From IMG/VR virus record IMGVR_UViG_2579778748_000002: a stretch of 50,752 nt of DNA. One strand, written 5' to 3'. Below the pieces are notes generated by a model. It was given only the letters and a program-made list of their open reading frames with translations, made no database searches and was not told where the DNA came from. The DNA comes from a virus (lineage: Duplodnaviria; Heunggongvirae; Uroviricota; Caudoviricetes). Below are positions 18,482 through 31,992 of this stretch, piece by piece (within the stretch, counting starts at the first letter, position 1; every line of letters starts with the position of its first letter). A program made the translations under genes and the position numbers.

Positions 18482-18840
18482 ATACCTACAATATCACATT
18501 ACCCTGGCCGCCGAGCAATAATCGCTATTACCGCCATAATCGCGGGCGCACGCACATCAGCGCAGAGGGGCAGGCATACCGCGAAAACGTCGCCCGAATC
18601 ATTAAAAACGCAATGCTGGATATCGGCCTGGCTATGCCTGTGAAAATCCGCATTGAGTGTCACATGCCGGATCGCCGTCGCCGTGACCTGGATAATCTAC
18701 AAAAGGCCGCTTTTGACGCACTCACCAAAGCAGGTTTCTGGTTGGATGATGCTCAGGTCGTTGATTACCGCGTTGTGAAGATGCCGGTTGTCAAAGGTGG
18801 AAAGCTGGAACTGACCATCACTGAACAGGGAGATGAATGA
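18478..18840 (+). CDS. rusA: RusA Holliday-junction resolvase
   Basis: 120 aa [38 protein letters not shown]... matching recalled DLP12 RusA. Confidence 0.9.
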
Positions 18841-18977
18841 TGTTTGAGTTTTATATGGCAGAACTTCTTCGCCACCGCTGGATGCGCCTGCGCTTATATC
18901 GTTTCCCTGGTTCTGTTTTGACCGATTACCGAATACTGAAGAATTACGCCAAAACCCTGACAGGAGCAGGAGTATGA
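18840..18977 (+). CDS. ylcG: YlcG-like small protein (DUF1133)
   Basis: Hand-translated 45 aa [45 protein letters not shown]; start overlaps rusA stop. Confidence 0.6.
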   Translation: MFEFYMAELLRHRWMRLRLYRFPGSVLTDYRILKNYAKTLTGAGV

Positions 18978-19062
18978 AGTCAGAGATAACAATCAACTAA
19001 TACTGTTTTGTTGATTTTTGCTTGTAATTGGCGTTCTGGTCTGAGTTTTGTGGAGTAAGTTG

Positions 19063-19440
19063 ATGCGTGATATTCAGATGGTTCTTGAGCGTTGGGGAGC
19101 GTGGGCGGCTAATAATCATGAAGATGTGACCTGGTCGTCCATTGCCGCCGGTTTTAAGGGATTAATTCCTTCAAAAGTAAAATCTCGCCCACAATGTTGT
19201 GACGATGACGCGATGATCATTTGCGGGTGCATGGCCCGTCTGAAAAAGAACAACAGCGATTTGCATGATTTATTGGTGGACTATTATGTCGGCGGCATGA
19301 CTTTTATGGCGCTTGCACGTAAGCATGGGCGATCTGATTGTTGGGTTGGCAGGATGCTCCAGAAAGCTGAGGGCGTAGTGGAGGGTATGCTGATGGTGTT
19401 GGATCTCCGATTGGAGATGGATGCTGATTGTTCGAAATAA
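19063..19440 (+). CDS. Q: Late-gene antiterminator Q (phage 82/DLP12 QuuD type)
   Basis: 125 aa from ATG with SD GGAGTAAG; cysteine-rich zinc-binding region ([12 protein letters not shown]); last gene before tR'. Confidence 0.85.
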   Translation: MRDIQMVLERWGAWAANNHEDVTWSSIAAGFKGLIPSKVKSRPQCCDDDAMIICGCMARLKKNNSDLHDLLVDYYVGGMTFMALARKHGRSDCWVGRMLQKAEGVVEGMLMVLDLRLEMDADCSK

Positions 19441-19540
19441 TTAAAGGAAAAGTTGCTGTCTGATTCTCATTAGTCTAACATTTTAAATGTTGGAATCGCA
19501 ACGTAGTTATTATCATATAACAGCTTGTTTCCTGATTTAG

Positions 19541-19567
19541 CCAGCCTCCCCAAAGGCTGGTTTTTTT
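19541..19567 (+). terminator. tR'-like intrinsic terminator about 100 nt downstream of Q
   Basis: Hairpin CCAGCCT-CCCCAA-AGGCTGG followed by T7; position matches the pR'-qut-tR' arrangement. Confidence 0.8.
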
Positions 19568-19595
19568 CTAATAAGTATTATTTCGGGTAGGGATT

Positions 19596-20120
19596 TTATT
19601 GTTTAACCCATAATAATTCATTGACATTGAATCCCAACTTTTGAGCGGTTCGCACATAGTCTGCTTTTACTTTATCTGGAATAGTTGGGGTCCTTGCCAG
19701 AATCCATAGGTATTCTCTGTTCGGACCACTGACAAGAGCATACTTATACTCATCATCCAGTTTGATTACATTATAGCCACCATAGAAGGGGCCAAAAAAC
19801 GAAACCTTCAACGCTGCAGTTTTAGTATCTCCAGTAAAGTATGCTTTACCTTCGCTCTCGCTCCATTTATTTTTCGTTGGATCGTATCCACGGTTAAGTA
19901 CACGAATCCCTCCGTCGTTCCGTTTTCCATAAGTAGCGCTGACCTGTTCCAGACCACGTTCGAACCGGTTCTCGAGGCGAGCTATTTCATACCACTTTCC
20001 GAGGTAGCGGTTGGCGTCAAAATTTGTAATCGGCTGCACACCTTTAGGTGGTGTCGGGGCCTTACATGCTATAAGAGTGAAAGAGAGTGCAATGCCAGTC
20101 AACACAGGCCATAACTTCAT
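19596..20120 (-). CDS. Blc-family bacterial lipocalin, outer-membrane lipoprotein
   Basis: 174 aa with lipobox (LIAC); strong similarity to recalled E. coli Blc (YLGKWYEIARLENRFERGLE..., KAYFTG..., SFFGPFYGGYNVI..., YLWILARTPT). Confidence 0.85.
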   Translation of the reverse strand: MKLWPVLTGIALSFTLIACKAPTPPKGVQPITNFDANRYLGKWYEIARLENRFERGLEQVSATYGKRNDGGIRVLNRGYDPTKNKWSESEGKAYFTGDTKTAALKVSFFGPFYGGYNVIKLDDEYKYALVSGPNREYLWILARTPTIPDKVKADYVRTAQKLGFNVNELLWVKQ

Positions 20121-20312
20121 AATAAATCCTGTACTTTTGATAGTTGAGAGTAAGTATGAAAGATAGATGATTACGACCGATCACTTAAAGAACTTTCATA
20201 CTATATTAGGAATAGTCCATAACAGAAAAATTGTCAGTGATGACGCCAGAAAGGCAATTTATTCCGTGCACTACACAGTTTATGTGTTAATGAATTAGTC
20301 AAGGGGGAGGAT

Positions 20313-21272
20313 ATGATAAAAAAACCTGTGATTGGAATCAGCGGTTGTCTGGCCGGTTCTGCTGTTCGTTTTGATGGTGGTCACAAAAGAGCTGACTTTT
20401 TAATGGACAAATTAGTGGAATGGGTAACATTCAGACCAGTATGTCCGGAAATGGCTATAGGGCTGCCAGTTCCGCGTCCTGCTCTACGTCTTGTGCGCTC
20501 GACGCAAGGAAATATACGGATGTGTTTCAGCCACGACCAGAATGAGGATGTGACAGAGAGAATGACAGAGTTTAGTCGTTCTTATATGGACAAATTAAAG
20601 GATGTATCGGGGTTTGTGGTTTGTGCTAAATCTCCCAGCTGTGGCATGGAGCGCGTGCGTGTCTATGATGAAAATGGTAATCGAGGTCGTAAAGATGGAG
20701 TGGGACTATTTACGAGCACTTTGATGGAAAAGTTTTCCTGGCTACCGGTTGAAGAGGATGGGCGATTACATGATCCAGTGCTTCGTGAGAATTTTGTTGA
20801 AAGAGTTTTTGCTTTGCATGAGCTCAATCACCTTTACAAGGAGAAATTATCAAGAAGAGAGTTATTAGCTTTTCATAGTCGTTATAAGCTTCAGTTGTTG
20901 GCGCATAGTCAGGCAGGCTATAAAGATATGGGACCATTTGTGGCTGCAATACACGAGTGGGCGGACCTTGAATCATACTTTGAGGTGTATCGTGATAAGC
21001 TGATGGCGATTCTCAGAAAACCTGCATCACGTAAAAATCACACGAATGTGATGATGCATATACAGGGGTATTTTAGTAACTACTTAAGTACACGCCAGCG
21101 TAAAGAGTTGAGCGAGGTTATACTTAACTATCGTTCTGGCACATTACCTCTTCTTGCGCCGTTGACTCTGCTGAAGCATTATCTGGGTGAGTATCCTAAT
21201 GATTACTTGCTTACACAGAATTACTTCGATCCCTATCCGGACGAACTGGCTCTAAGACTGATGGTAAATTAA
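20313..21272 (+). CDS. DUF523/DUF1722 fusion protein (TudS-like thio-nucleobase desulfidase fold plus YbgA-like domain)
   Basis: 319 aa; N-terminal Cys at positions 12, 44 and 105 spaced like recalled TudS Fe-S ligands; family assignment from memory only. Confidence 0.55.
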   Translation: MIKKPVIGISGCLAGSAVRFDGGHKRADFLMDKLVEWVTFRPVCPEMAIGLPVPRPALRLVRSTQGNIRMCFSHDQNEDVTERMTEFSRSYMDKLKDVSGFVVCAKSPSCGMERVRVYDENGNRGRKDGVGLFTSTLMEKFSWLPVEEDGRLHDPVLRENFVERVFALHELNHLYKEKLSRRELLAFHSRYKLQLLAHSQAGYKDMGPFVAAIHEWADLESYFEVYRDKLMAILRKPASRKNHTNVMMHIQGYFSNYLSTRQRKELSEVILNYRSGTLPLLAPLTLLKHYLGEYPNDYLLTQNYFDPYPDELALRLMVN

Positions 21273-21766
21273 TTGTATGCGATATCATCCAAAAGGATGA
21301 GTTCCTGCATGCAGGATATTTACAATCGTAAAAACTACACTATGATACCCAGAGTGTCAGTTTGTATAAAAACTCTGTTTACGCTGAAGAAACCATTGAG
21401 ATGCAACTTAAAGTTGGTAAACATGCCAGTCAAAATATATAATATTATGATTCCACGCAGCTATATATAATATAACAGATTGGTTTAATAATTTGTCTTT
21501 GTGAGTTAAATACATAATTTTATACTTGTGATGCAATGAGATTTTCCTTATTGTTGAACTGGCGAATATTGATTTTCCACCTATACTTACTTGGTGTAAC
21601 CCCAATGATATCAGGTGGATAATATGCCATACATATGTTCTATCATTTTGGTGTTGAACTCGTTTGATGTCCGAATTGGTAAAGAAGATATTTTATTTAA
21701 AAAAGGAAGTGCTGTTCTCATTGATTAAAATTTAAAAGATTTTTTTCATCAAATATAGATCATGCA

Positions 21767-22348
21767 ATGATCGTAGATGTTGAAGAGAAAACAGTTAATG
21801 ATTTCTTTAAAAGCAACACACTCTCACCTTTTTCTGTAAGAAGGTTTTATCCGGCATACTTGATGGTGGAATGTGAAGATTTTTCATTGTTAAAGAACTT
21901 GATTGCATGCTTGAATTGTGATGGCAGAACTGTGGATTTTGTTAGAAATCAAATATCACTTGCATGTCTTGCTATCTTATCTTCAGAGAAAATAGTGCAA
22001 AGTTTTTTATTTGGATGTCTTAATAGTTTAGGAAGTAAAGTTAAGGCTATTATTCACACGGATATATCTGCAGCATGGAGACTTTGTGATATATCTTCAA
22101 GACTGTATCTGAGTGAAAGTCTGTTAAAAAGAAAATTAAAGCACGAAGGCTTATCATTTAGTAAGTTAATTCTTGAAGAGCGAATGGTGATGGCGGAAAG
22201 GTTATTAAGCTACAATTTATATTCTGTTGGAAAAGTTGCTGAGATATGCGGTTATGAAAACACGTCATATTTTGTAAGTGTTTTCAGAAGATATTTTGGT
22301 GTTCCTCCCCATCAATATTCATCAAGATTTTTTTTAGAAAAGACATGA
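21767..22348 (+). CDS. AraC/XylS-family transcriptional regulator (short, possibly N-terminally truncated) in a very AT-rich island
   Basis: 193 aa; C-terminal dual-HTH region (VGKVAEICGYENTSYFVSVFRRYFGVPPHQY) typical of AraC family. Confidence 0.65.
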   Translation: MIVDVEEKTVNDFFKSNTLSPFSVRRFYPAYLMVECEDFSLLKNLIACLNCDGRTVDFVRNQISLACLAILSSEKIVQSFLFGCLNSLGSKVKAIIHTDISAAWRLCDISSRLYLSESLLKRKLKHEGLSFSKLILEERMVMAERLLSYNLYSVGKVAEICGYENTSYFVSVFRRYFGVPPHQYSSRFFLEKT

Positions 22349-22541
22349 TGTAACGTGATGCGTTTTAATGATTTTGTAATTTTCGTATTTGATAATTGTA
22401 TGATGCTTTCAGCTACGCCAGAATAATCGCTGGCGTTTTTCTTTTTGAATAGATGTTCAAGCCTTACGCTAATGTAACTTCTATACCTTTCCTCTTCGTT
22501 CCGAACCGTGTACACCATCCGTTATTTGCGGAGGTGAGGCT

Positions 22542-22757
22542 ATGAAATCCATGGATAAGTTAACAACGGGCATTGCCTACGGCACCTCCGCAGGCAGTGC
22601 TGGCTACTGGTTTTTACAGCTGCTCGATAAAGTCACGCCCTCACAGTGGGCAGCAATAGGTGTGCTGGGTAGCTTGGTATTTGGCCTGCTGACGTACCTG
22701 ACAAACCTTTATTTCAAGATTAAAGAAGATAAGCGCAAGGCTGCGAGAGGTGAATAA
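22542..22757 (+). CDS. S: Phage-21-type pinholin S21 (dual-start MKSM)
   Basis: 71 aa [71 protein letters not shown] resembles recalled S21. Confidence 0.9.
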   Translation: MKSMDKLTTGIAYGTSAGSAGYWFLQLLDKVTPSQWAAIGVLGSLVFGLLTYLTNLYFKIKEDKRKAARGE

Positions 22758-23254
22758 TGCCTCCATCATTACGAAAAGCCGTTGCTGCTGCTATTGGTGG
22801 CGGAGCAATTGCTATAGCATCAGTGTTAATCACTGGTCCAGGTGGTAACGATGGTCTGGAGGGTGTCAGCTACATACCATACAAAGATATTGTTGGTGTA
22901 TGGACTGTATGTCACGGGCATACAGGAAAAGACATCATGCTCGGTAAAACGTATACCAAAGCAGAATGCAAAGCACTCTTGAATAAAGACCTTGCCACTG
23001 TCGCCAGACAAATTAACCCGTACATCAAAGTCGATATACCGGAAACAACGCGCGGCGCTCTTTACTCATTCGTTTACAACGTGGGTGCTGGCAATTTCAG
23101 AACATCGACGCTTCTTCGCAAAATAAACCAGGGCGATATCAAAGGCGCATGTGATCAGTTACGTCGCTGGACATATGCTGGCGGTAAGCAATGGAAAGGT
23201 CTCATGACTCGTCGTGAGATTGAGCGTGAAATCTGTTTGTGGGGTCAGCAATGA
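22757..23254 (+). CDS. R: SAR endolysin (lysozyme), phage-21 R type
   Basis: 165 aa with N-terminal signal-arrest-release segment ([18 protein letters not shown]) and lysozyme-like core; TAATG overlap with S. Confidence 0.9.
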   Translation: MPPSLRKAVAAAIGGGAIAIASVLITGPGGNDGLEGVSYIPYKDIVGVWTVCHGHTGKDIMLGKTYTKAECKALLNKDLATVARQINPYIKVDIPETTRGALYSFVYNVGAGNFRTSTLLRKINQGDIKGACDQLRRWTYAGGKQWKGLMTRREIEREICLWGQQ

Positions 23255-23712
23255 ACAGAGTAACCGCGATTATCTCCGCTCTGGTTATCTGCATCATCGT
23301 CTGCCTGTCATGGGCTGTTAATCATTACCGTGATAACGCCATTACCTACAAAGCCCAGCGCGACAAAAATGCCAGAGAACTGAAGCTGGCGAACGCGGCA
23401 ATTACTGACATGCAGATGCGTCAGCGTGATGTTGCTGCGCTCGATGCAAAATACACGAAGGAGTTAGCTGATGCGAAAGCTGAAAATGATGCTCTGCGTG
23501 ATGATGTTGCCGCTGGTCGTCGTCGGTTGCACATCAAAGCAGTCTGTCAGTCAGTGCGTGAAGCCACCACCGCCTCCGGCGTGGATAATGCAGCCTCCCC
23601 CCGACTGGCAGACACCGCTGAACGGGATTATTTCACCCTCAGAGAGAGGCTGATCACGATGCAAAAACAACTGGAAGGAACCCAGAAGTATATTAATGAG
23701 CAGTGCAGATAG
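23251..23712 (+). CDS. Rz: Rz i-spanin
   Basis: 153 aa from [26 protein letters not shown]...; matches recalled lambda Rz. Confidence 0.93.
   Translation: MNRVTAIISALVICIIVCLSWAVNHYRDNAITYKAQRDKNARELKLANAAITDMQMRQRDVAALDAKYTKELADAKAENDALRDDVAAGRRRLHIKAVCQSVREATTASGVDNAASPRLADTAERDYFTLRERLITMQKQLEGTQKYINEQCR
23471..23653 (+). CDS. Rz1: Rz1 o-spanin lipoprotein, embedded in the +1 frame of Rz
   Basis: 60 aa with lipobox (VVGC) and proline-rich segment. Confidence 0.9.
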   Translation: MRKLKMMLCVMMLPLVVVGCTSKQSVSQCVKPPPPPAWIMQPPPDWQTPLNGIISPSERG

Positions 23713-23743
23713 AGCTGCCCATATCGATGGGCAACTCATGCAA

Positions 23744-24037
23744 TTATTGTGAGCAATAGACACGCGCTTCCAGCGGAGTATAAATGCCTAAAGTAATAAA
23801 ACCGAGCAATCCATTTACGAATGTTTGCTGGGTTTCTGTTTTAACAACATTTTCTGCGCCGCCACAAATTTTGGCTGCATCAACAGTTTTCTCCTGTCCA
23901 ATTCCCGAAACGAAGAAATGATGGGTGATGGTTTCCTTTGGTGTTACTGCTGTCGGTTTGTTTCCAACAGTAAACGTCTGTTGAGCACATCCTGTAATAA
24001 GCATTGCCAGAGCGGCAGAAAACAACATTTTTTTCAT
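23744..24037 (-). CDS. bor: Bor serum-resistance lipoprotein
   Basis: 97 aa from MKKMLFSAALAMLITGCAQQTF...; matches recalled lambda Bor. Confidence 0.93.
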   Translation of the reverse strand: MKKMLFSAALAMLITGCAQQTFTVGNKPTAVTPKETITHHFFVSGIGQEKTVDAAKICGGAENVVKTETQQTFVNGLLGFITLGIYTPLEARVYCSQ

Positions 24038-24399
24038 CTTATTATCCTGCATTGTTAAAAACGGCAGAATCCTATGTGACAACAATTAAACGATAGTTAA
24101 ATGGATTGATGAAAATTAAAACTATATAGGTGTACGCTCAGACTATTGGAGGAAGTTGGGGACACTCAGAATCCTGTGGAATGAAATAAACCGGTCTATC
24201 CGTCTATTACCCTTTTAGCTGCGCTGTATCGTCGCCGTATTCCCGCATTAACCATGACCGTAGCCCGACGGGGAATTCCTTCTGCGTGAGTGTGCGGGAA
24301 CAATCAAAAACGATGCACACCGGGTTTTACTGTGCTGACATACGCAGGGTTACCCTCATAGTCGCTTTTCCGGTGCGATGGTGGAAGAAACCGGGATGT

Positions 24400-24594
24400 T
24401 CATCCATCATCACTTTGGATTGATGTATATGCTCTCTTTTCTGACGTTAGTCTCCGACGGCAGGCTTCAATGACCCAGGCTGAGAAATTCCCAGACCCTT
24501 TTTGCTCAAGAGCGATGTTAATTTGTTCAATCATTTGGTTAGGAAAGCGGATGTTGCGGGTTGTTGTTCTGCGGGTTCTGTTCTTAGTTGACAT
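24400..24594 (-). CDS. Hypothetical small protein conserved at the lambda right end
   Basis: 64 aa MSTKNRTRRTTTRNIRFPNQMIEQINIALEQKG...; flanking DNA matches recalled lambda right-end sequence. Confidence 0.6.
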   Translation of the reverse strand: MSTKNRTRRTTTRNIRFPNQMIEQINIALEQKGSGNFSAWVIEACRRRLTSEKRAYTSIQSDDG

Positions 24595-24793
24595 GAGGTT
24601 GCCCCGTATTCAGTGTCGCTGATTTGTATTGTCTGAAGTTGTTTTTACGTTAAGTTGATGCAGATCAATTAATACGATACCTGCGTCATAATTGATTATT
24701 TGACGTGGTTTGATGGCGTAGATGCACGTTGTGATATGTAGATGATAATTATTATCATTTTTCGGGTCCTTTCCGGCGATCCGACAGGTTACG

Positions 24794-24805
24794 GGGCGGC
24801 GACCT
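24794..24805. other. cos: cosN (12-nt cohesive end GGGCGGCGACCT); cosB lies downstream to about 24960
   Basis: Exact lambda cosN preceded by ...CGGGTCCTTTCCGG(C)GATCCGACAGGTTACG; sequence diverges from recalled lambda cosB about 40 nt after cosN. Confidence 0.9.
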
Positions 24806-24981
24806 CGCGGGTTTTCGCTATTTATGAAAATTTTCTGGGGAAAATCATGTCGGTACTTCTCGAACATAACTATTTGTTTTTTCTAATATCGAATCCGTAA
24901 AAGGTCCGACATGAAAACGCCTAAAAAAGTCATTTTCGGGCACTTTCATGTCGGCCCCTGTATTTATTGTGAGACTGTTTC

Positions 24982-25501
24982 ATGAAGGTTAATAAAAAGA
25001 AACTTGCCGAAATTTTCAACGTGGATCCGCGAACGATTGAACGCTGGCAGTCTCAGGGACTCCCTTGCGTCTCCGGAGGTGGTAAGGGCGTTGAATCTGT
25101 ATTTGATACCGCCATGGCAATTCAGTGGTATGCGCAGAGGGAAGCTGATATCGAAAATGAAAAACTCCGTAAAGAGGTTGAGGATTACAGGGCTGCCAGT
25201 GAGGCAGATCTCCAGCCTGGGACTATTGAGTACGAACGCCATCGACTTACGCGTGCGCAGGCCGACGCACAGGAGCTGAAGAATGCCAGAGACTCCGCAG
25301 AGGTGGTGGAAACCGCATTCTGTACTTTCGTGCTGTCACGGATCGCAGGTGAAATTGCCAGTATTCTTGACGGGATCCCTCTCTCGGTACAGCGGCGTTT
25401 TCCGGAACTGGAAAACCGACATGTTGATTTCCTGAAACGGGATATCATCAAAGCCATGAACAAAGCAGCCGCGCTGGATGAACTGATACCGGGGTTGCTG
25501 A

Positions 25502-25527
<26 letters not shown>
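24982..25527 (+). CDS. nu1: Terminase small subunit Nu1 (non-lambda, 21-like N-terminal DNA-binding domain; lambda-like C-terminus)
   Basis: 181 aa; N-terminus [28 protein letters not shown] differs from recalled lambda Nu1, C-terminal half near-identical. Confidence 0.93.
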
Positions 25528-29208
<3,681 letters not shown>

Positions 29209-29228
<20 letters not shown>

Positions 29229-30528
29229 TCTCCCGCATATTGCCAGCATGGCTTTTAATGAGCCGCTGATGCTTGAACCCGCCTATGCGCGGGTTTTCTT
29301 TTGTGCGCTTGCAGGCCAGCTTGGGATCAGCCGCCTGACGGATGCAGTATCCGGCGACAGCCTGACTGCCGGAGAGGCACCCGCGGCACTGGCGTTATCC
29401 GGTGATGATGACGGACCACGACAGGCCCGCAGCTATCAGGTCATGAACGGCATCGCCGTGCTGCCGGTGTCCGGTACGCTGGTCAGCCGGACGCGGGCGC
29501 TGCAGCCGTACTCGGGGATGACCGGTTACAACGGCATTATCGCCCGTCTGCAACAGGCTGCCAGCGATCCGATGGTGGACGGCATTCTGCTGGATATGGA
29601 CACACCGGGCGGGATGGTGGCGGGAGCATTTGACTGTGCTGACATCATCGCCCGTGTGCGAGACATAAAACCGGTATGGGCGCTGGCCAACGACATGAAC
29701 TGCAGTGCAGGTCAGCTGCTTGCCAGCGCCGCCTCCCGGCGTCTGGTCACGCAGACCGCCCGGACAGGCTCCATCGGCGTCATGATGGCTCACAGCAATT
29801 ACGGTGCTGCGCTGGAGAAACAGGGCGTGGAAATCACGCTGATTTACAGCGGCAGCCATAAGGTGGATGGCAATCCCTACAGCCATCTTCCGGATGACGT
29901 CCGGGAGACACTGCAGTCCCGGATGGACGCAACCCGCCAGATGTTTGCGCAGAAGGTGTCGGCATATACCGGCCTGTCTGTGCAGGCTGTGCTGGATACC
30001 GAGGCTGCAGTGTACAGCGGTCAGGAGGCCATTGATGCCGGACTGGCTGATGAACTTGTTAACAGTACCGATGCGATCACCGTTATGCGTGATGCACTGG
30101 ATGCACGTAAATCCCGTCTCTCAGGAGGGCGAATGACCAAAGAGACTCAATCAACAACTGTTTCAGCCACTGCTTCGCAGGCTGACGTTACTGACGTGGT
30201 GCCAGCGACGGAGGGCGAAAACGCCAGCGCGGCGCAGCCGGACGTGAACGCGCAGATCACCGCTGCGGTTGCGGCAGAAAACAGCCGCATTATGGGGATC
30301 CTCAACTGTGAGGAGGCTCACGGACGCGAAGAACAGGCCCGCGTGCTGGCAGAAACCCCCGGTATGACCGTGGAAACGGCCCGCCGCATTCTGGCAGCTG
30401 CACCACAGAGTGCACAGGCGCGCAGTGACACTGCGCTGGATCGTCTGATGCAGGGGGCACCGGCACCGCTGGCTGCAGGTAACCCGGCATCTGATGCCGT
30501 TAACGATTTGCTGAACACACCAGTGTAA
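29209..30528 (+). CDS. C: Head maturation protease C (GTG start)
   Basis: 439 aa from GTG at 29209 (VTAELRNLPHIASMAFNEPLML...); 20-nt overlap with B as in lambda. Confidence 0.9.
29923..30528 (+). CDS. nu3: Scaffold protein Nu3 (in-frame internal start within C)
   Basis: ATG at 29923 gives a 201-aa product sharing the C stop, as recalled for lambda nu3. Confidence 0.8.
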   Translation: MDATRQMFAQKVSAYTGLSVQAVLDTEAAVYSGQEAIDAGLADELVNSTDAITVMRDALDARKSRLSGGRMTKETQSTTVSATASQADVTDVVPATEGENASAAQPDVNAQITAAVAAENSRIMGILNCEEAHGREEQARVLAETPGMTVETARRILAAAPQSAQARSDTALDRLMQGAPAPLAAGNPASDAVNDLLNTPV

Positions 30529-30537
30529 GGGATGTTT

Positions 30538-30870
30538 ATGACGAGCAAAGAAACCTTTACCCATTACCAGCCGCAGGGCAACAGTGACCCGGCTCATACC
30601 GCAACCGCGCCCGGCGTATTGAGTGCGAAAGCGCCTGCAATGACCCCGCTGATGCTGGACACCTCCAGCCGTAAGCTGGTTGCGTGGGATGGCACCACCG
30701 ACGGTGCTGCCGTTGGCATTCTTGCGGTTGCTGCTGACCAGACCAGCACCACGCTGACGTTCTACAAGTCCGGCACGTTCCGTTATGAGGATGTGCTCTG
30801 GCCGGAGGCTGCCAGCGACGAGACGAAAAAACGGACCGCGTTTGCCGGAACGGCAATCAGCATCGTTTAA
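30538..30870 (+). CDS. D: Head decoration protein D
   Basis: 110 aa [26 protein letters not shown]... with SD AAGGG. Confidence 0.95.
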   Translation: MTSKETFTHYQPQGNSDPAHTATAPGVLSAKAPAMTPLMLDTSSRKLVAWDGTTDGAAVGILAVAADQTSTTLTFYKSGTFRYEDVLWPEAASDETKKRTAFAGTAISIV

Positions 30871-30889
30871 CTTTACCCTTCATCACTAA

Positions 30890-30912
30890 AGGCCGCCTGT
30901 GCGGCTTTTTTT
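30890..30912 (+). terminator. Hairpin with T-run between D and E (attenuator-like)
   Basis: GCCGC-CTGT-GCGGC followed by T7; lies upstream of the true E start. Confidence 0.4.
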
Positions 30913-30925
30913 ACGGGATTTTTTT

Positions 30926-31951
30926 ATGTCGATGTACACAACCGCCCAGCTGCTGGCGGCAAATGAGCAGAAATTTAAGTTTGATCCGCTGTTTCTGCGT
31001 CTCTTTTTCCGTGAGAGCTATCCCTTCACCACGGAGAAAGTCTATCTCTCACAAATTCCGGGACTGGTAAACATGGCGCTGTACGTTTCGCCGATTGTTT
31101 CCGGTGAGGTTATCCGTTCCCGTGGCGGCTCCACCTCTGAATTTACGCCGGGATATGTCAAGCCGAAGCATGAAGTGAATCCGCAGATGACCCTGCGTCG
31201 CCTGCCGGATGAAGATCCGCAGAATCTGGCGGACCCGGCTTACCGCCGCCGTCGCATCATCATGCAGAACATGCGTGACGAAGAGCTGGCCATTGCTCAG
31301 GTCGAAGAGATGCAGGCAGTTTCTGCCGTGCTTAAGGGCAAATACACCATGACCGGTGAAGCCTTCGATCCGGTTGAGGTGGATATGGGCCGCAGTGAGG
31401 AGAATAACATCACGCAGTCCGGCGGCACGGAGTGGAGCAAGCGTGACAAGTCCACGTATGACCCGACCGACGATATCGAAGCCTACGCGCTGAACGCCAG
31501 CGGTGTGGTGAATATCATCGTGTTCGATCCGAAAGGCTGGGCGCTGTTCCGTTCCTTCAAAGCCGTCAAGGAGAAGCTGGATACCCGTCGTGGCTCTCAT
31601 TCCGAGCTGGAGACAGCGGTGAAAGACCTGGGCAAAGCGGTGTCCTATAAGGGGATGTATGGCGATGTGGCCATCGTCGTGTATTCCGGACAGTACGTGG
31701 AAAACGGCGTCAAAAAGAACTTCCTGCCGGACAACACGATGGTGCTGGGGAACACTCAGGCACGCGGTCTGCGCACCTATGGCTGCATTCAGGATGCGGA
31801 CGCACAGCGCGAAGGCATTAACGCCTCTGCCCGTTACCCGAAAAACTGGGTGACCACCGGCGATCCGGCGCGTGAGTTCACCATGATTCAGTCAGCACCG
31901 CTGATGCTGCTGGCTGATCCTGATGAGTTCGTGTCTGTACAACTGGCGTAA
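30926..31951 (+). CDS. E: Major capsid protein E
   Basis: 341 aa from MSMYTTAQLLAANEQKFKFDPLFLRLFFRESYPFTTEKVYLSQIPG... Confidence 0.96.
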   Translation: MSMYTTAQLLAANEQKFKFDPLFLRLFFRESYPFTTEKVYLSQIPGLVNMALYVSPIVSGEVIRSRGGSTSEFTPGYVKPKHEVNPQMTLRRLPDEDPQNLADPAYRRRRIIMQNMRDEELAIAQVEEMQAVSAVLKGKYTMTGEAFDPVEVDMGRSEENNITQSGGTEWSKRDKSTYDPTDDIEAYALNASGVVNIIVFDPKGWALFRSFKAVKEKLDTRRGSHSELETAVKDLGKAVSYKGMYGDVAIVVYSGQYVENGVKKNFLPDNTMVLGNTQARGLRTYGCIQDADAQREGINASARYPKNWVTTGDPAREFTMIQSAPLMLLADPDEFVSVQLA

Positions 31952-31992
31952 TCATGGCCCTTCGGGGCCATTTTCTCTCTGTGGAGGAGTTC

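Noticed and set aside
19541..19567. tR' hairpin acting as a bidirectional terminator for the minus-strand blc-like gene
   Set aside because: On the minus strand the hairpin is followed by CUAAAUCAGG, not a U-run, so it looks unidirectional (plus strand only).
21767..22348. Naming the AraC-like gene as appY (the DLP12 AraC-type regulator)
   Set aside because: Length and recalled sequence do not clearly match AppY; only the family-level call is supported.
24610..24867. 85-aa minus-strand ORF spanning the cos site
   Set aside because: Crosses cosN/cosQ, which matches non-coding lambda right-end DNA; no homologue recalled; likely chance ORF in AT-rich DNA.
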